Positions 52,481 to 64,000 of a DNA stretch of 64,000 nucleotides are shown here, one piece after another. The stretch's first letter is position 1. Every line of letters begins with the position of its first letter. The translations under genes were made by a program, and so were the position numbers. Below the pieces are notes generated by a model, which saw nothing but the letters and a program-made list of their open reading frames with translations, was not told the DNA's origin and searched no databases. Origin of the DNA: Amoebidium appalachense (Eukaryota; Protista; Ichthyosporea); contig CAVNZM010000002.1 in the NCBI GenBank assembly GCA_963693365.1, forward strand, positions 14,913,615-14,977,614, given 5' to 3'.

Positions 52481-54221
52481 CTGGAGGGGGGGGGGGGGGG
52501 AGGGGGGTTCAAGGGGAAAGGGCGGGGGGGGGGGGGGGGGGGGGGGGTGGATGGTGATGGTAGAGGAAGATGGGCTCCGGAGGGGGGGAGGGGGGGGGGG
52601 GGGGGGGAGGGGTTGTGAGTAGGCGGAGAAAGGAGGTTAAAAAAAACGACGGAGTTCGGACAGGTCATTAGTGAAGCAAGGCGGAGGAAAGAGTGGAAGA
52701 GACCTGGAAAGACAAGAACGAAAGACTTGCAGGAAAGGGGGAATGGGGGGTAGTGAGTGTCTGCAGGGGTAGGATAGGGTGTGAAGCGGTGCGCCTGTGT
52801 GTGTGTTCCGAGCTGGCATAAAGAAGGCGTTTGCAGGAATGAAAGGTGGAGGGGAGGGGGGGGGGGGGGGGGTTGTTCGAAAGCAGAAGATGGACGGACT
52901 CTGGCGAGTGGGTGTGGTGGTTGGTGGTTGGTGCAGAGGGGAGGGTTCAAGCGGGAGGGCCGGGGGGAGGAGGGTTTGAAAATCAAACCAGTCCTTGAGA
53001 CCGTGTAAGAGATGTTGCTTTTGGACACCGATACACCTGGTTTAAAAGGGGGAAACTAGGTTTGGGATTTGAGATAGCAGGCAGGAAATGTTGAAATAAA
53101 ACCGGTTTGGTGGGAGGATACCCATCATACAGTTACGAAGTGATGTTTGCTTTTTGGGGAGTGTCGGAAGGAAACGGGAACAAGGGCAAGAGCACTGCAA
53201 GGCTAGAGAGACGAGAAAGATGCGTCGGCAAGGACTAAGGAGCCTGCCAGTAGTTGTTGCAAAACAAATGTGTGAGCTAGAATCAGGTAGTAGGGCTAAG
53301 CTGGAAGAAGCAGTCATAGACAGAGGGAACAACAGAAAAGAAAGCGAATTTGTTCAAACCAGCTAGGAATGGGGAAGTGATGGGGGGAGAGGGGAGAGGG
53401 TAAAAAAGGCATCTGCTGCTTGAGGGGACGGGGGGGGGGGGGGGGGGGAGGGGGGGGAGGGGAGAGGGCGGAGGGGGGTATAGGAGGGAAGGATTGGACA
53501 AAAACCTTTACCTTGAACGGAGAATGGCAACAAAATAAACTTGATAGTGTTGTCTGCTCGGTTTTCACTCTCCCGGCCGAAGTTCCCGAGTGTGTAGAGG
53601 ATGAGCGCGCATTTTATAGCCAGCATGTGGCCGGGGAATGTTTCCAGGAATAATACAACCAATCAAAACATAGATGGGTTGATCTAGGGGGACTGTGCTT
53701 GTGGCTTCGTGCCTTCCGATTGGCTAGTTTGTATTCCAATGAAAAAGCATTCCAAAAAAGATAAATTCTTTTTTGCGCATTTGTCTTTTTTGGGTTTCAG
53801 CATCCGTGACTCCCGTCTCGGCGGCGTCCCCCCCCCCCCCCCCCTTTCTTTCTCTCTCCACCCCCTCCCTCCCCCTCTCTCTCTGTCTCTCTCTCTCTCT
53901 CCCCCCCCTCCCCCCCCTCTCCTCTCCCACCCCCCTCCCCTTCTCCCGGCCCTCTCTGCCTCTCTCTCTTTCTTTTCTCCTAGACGCCTCTCTCTAGTCT
54001 CCAGAGATTTCCCCAACCCTCTCCCTCTTTCTCTCTGTTAGCTAATATTTCCCCTCTGTTCTCTCTCTGTCTCTCTCTCTCACTCTCCCTCCCTCCCTCC
54101 CTCTCCCTCCCTCCCTCCCTCCCTCCCTCCCTCCCTTCCTCCCTCCCTCCCTCCCTCCCTCCCTCCCTCCCTCCCTCCCTCCCTCCCCCCCCCCCCCCCC
54201 CCCCCTCTCTCTCTCTCTCTC

Positions 54222-54256
<35 letters not shown>

Positions 54257-54285
54257 AGTCAGGCTCTCTCGATCTCAAGCTCTTT

Positions 54286-54481
<196 letters not shown>

Positions 54482-55676
54482 GGGTGGTTTCGTACGTCTG
54501 TCATTAGTTTTCTGTAAGTCTGTACTGTACAACCGTTAAACTTACACTTACCGAAACAGTGTTCAACGCATTCGTTTTTAAAGGGAGCGGCTCAATGGTA
54601 GTACAAGATCTACTGCAATGTTCCCTATGTACCAGTATAGTGCCGCTTGCACAGACGACACGGTGCACGTGCAGCAAATTTGCATCCTTAATAAAAAACT
54701 ATGTGTTCACGGGCAATTCAGCGTACATGTTAATTTGGCACCCGTACATGTGCACCTGTGTTGACTGCTATTTTTTTTTTTTTAGAGTCATGTTGAGATG
54801 GCGGAGGGGATGGGGGGGGGGGGGGGGGGGGGGGGGGGGAGGGGGGGGGGGGGAAGGGGGCTAGGGTGGCGCCACCCATCACCTAGGATCCCCCCCCCCC
54901 CCCCCCCCCCCCCCCCTCCCCCCCTCCGTCCCCACGTGCACCCCATGTGCGGCCATCGACCCATTTCAAGCCTTGGAATCCCTTTATTTTTGTTGAACAT
55001 ACTACATGGTACATCTACATCTGCCAGGCAGTATCCGCATTTGAACATTCAATTGTCGCACCACGTTACAACAACACAGAGGAAAGCATGCGAGCCTAAG
55101 ACAGAGCGGTAAAACCTTTGACACAGACTTACGAGAAATGGGGTGAAAGAACAAGAATAAACCCCGAAGCTCCTTTAGTTATAAAAACAAGGAAAGGCTT
55201 TATTCCACAACTAAACACTACGGTTAACAATGTAAGTACCACACCGCTACTCCTGTGCCCTGCACGATTTCAGTTATAAAGTTAACATAAAATTAAACAA
55301 CGAAATAACACAGTTTGTATTGATGCATTACTCATGCGCACTTGCGCGCATGCACATCACTTGCAAACCAAGATGATCAGATCATATAACATCATACTAT
55401 TATTTTCATATATCGATCAATCAGCGGTACAGGCAGGCAACGAATGAAAAGAGTTCAACATCAGGAAAAACTCTATTATTTACGATTTGCAATTGATACA
55501 TCAGCTACTAATTCACTGTTCAGCTATAATTGAACGCAGTTCTTACACAAGACACAGGAGAGAGGGAAGCCCCCAAACAGCAAATATTTACAGCAGACTA
55601 ATATTGAATTCTAGGTCCATAGAGAGTGTGGCCTTACGTGGGGCTGTGTGTGAGTGTGTGTGTGAGTGTGAGTGTG

Positions 55677-55710
<34 letters not shown>

Positions 55711-55802
55711 GTTGAGTGCGCGCGCGTGTACGTGCGTGTGTATTTGTGTGGTTGTGTGTGAGAGTGGGCAAGCACGCACATGGGCGAATTGTGTGTGTGT
55801 CT

Positions 55803-55851
<49 letters not shown>

Positions 55852-56243
55852 TGCGTGTAACAAATGTGCCCGACGCTCCTATATCGAGCACCACGAAATA
55901 AAACATAAGGTGTTTTCATCAGGCTACTCCAACGCACACACGTACACAACACAAATACAAACAAAGGAAAGGATAATGACATAGAGGAAAGGCAGAAGGG
56001 TGGGACATTGCAAAGCAGGGAGGGCAAAAAAAAAAGAGAAGGGGTTAAGGCAGGGAGGAGGAGGACGAGGAGGGGGGGGGGGGAAAGAAGGAATAATGGT
56101 ATGGGATGATTGTGCCTCATGCATTGGCAACAAATATGCATGTGTGTTCTGCGTGGAATTGAGGAGCAATTGCGTGATGTGCACATTGTAAGTGCTGCAT
56201 CTATGCTCCAAGAGATTAAAGTAGCAAGGGTGGGGGTGCCTTT

Positions 56244-63697
<7,454 letters not shown>

Positions 63698-64000
63698 CTG
63701 TGGAATAAATAAAACTCTCAGATTTTAATTTTTAGGTTTCAGTCCGCATTGGACAGAAAGGCATTGGAGCGCTGAACCCTCACATTTTAACAGCGTGTTT
63801 AGATAATCACTGTGTGCATGGAGGTTTCTAGAAGGCTCCACGTAGTACAGAGTGCACGTACACAACAAGACACAAAAGAACACCAAGAACAGCCTACAGA
63901 TAAAACACCCACCCATGCAACCACCCATGCAACTATACATAACACATGAAGCAGATCCCACAGATCAAACACCGGCCAGACACTATACATACCCCATACA

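Overview
Intron-rich eukaryotic DNA, most likely from a green-lineage organism (probably a streptophyte alga, inferred from a PIN-type auxin carrier and a plant/green-algal-type metacaspase). Almost all ORFs in the supplied track are artefacts of (CA)n/(GT)n and poly-C/G tracts. Manual splicing with phase-consistent GT-AG joins gives: a pogo-like transposase start running off the left edge (-), a 12+-exon MORN-repeat gene (-), a divergent PIN gene (-), a Zn alcohol dehydrogenase (+), a Vts1/Smaug-type SAM gene (-), two Mu-class GST paralogues (-) flanking a spliced, probably transposon-derived OTU-protease ORF (+), and a 5'-truncated type I metacaspase (-). The most striking signal is an apparent simple-repeat splicing code: long poly-C runs start a few nt after many, often weak, 5' splice sites, and (CA)n replaces the polypyrimidine tract at many 3' splice sites. 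A small sense-oriented intronic repeat family ending in poly-C may be linked to this. All gene models are by-eye predictions without RNA evidence.
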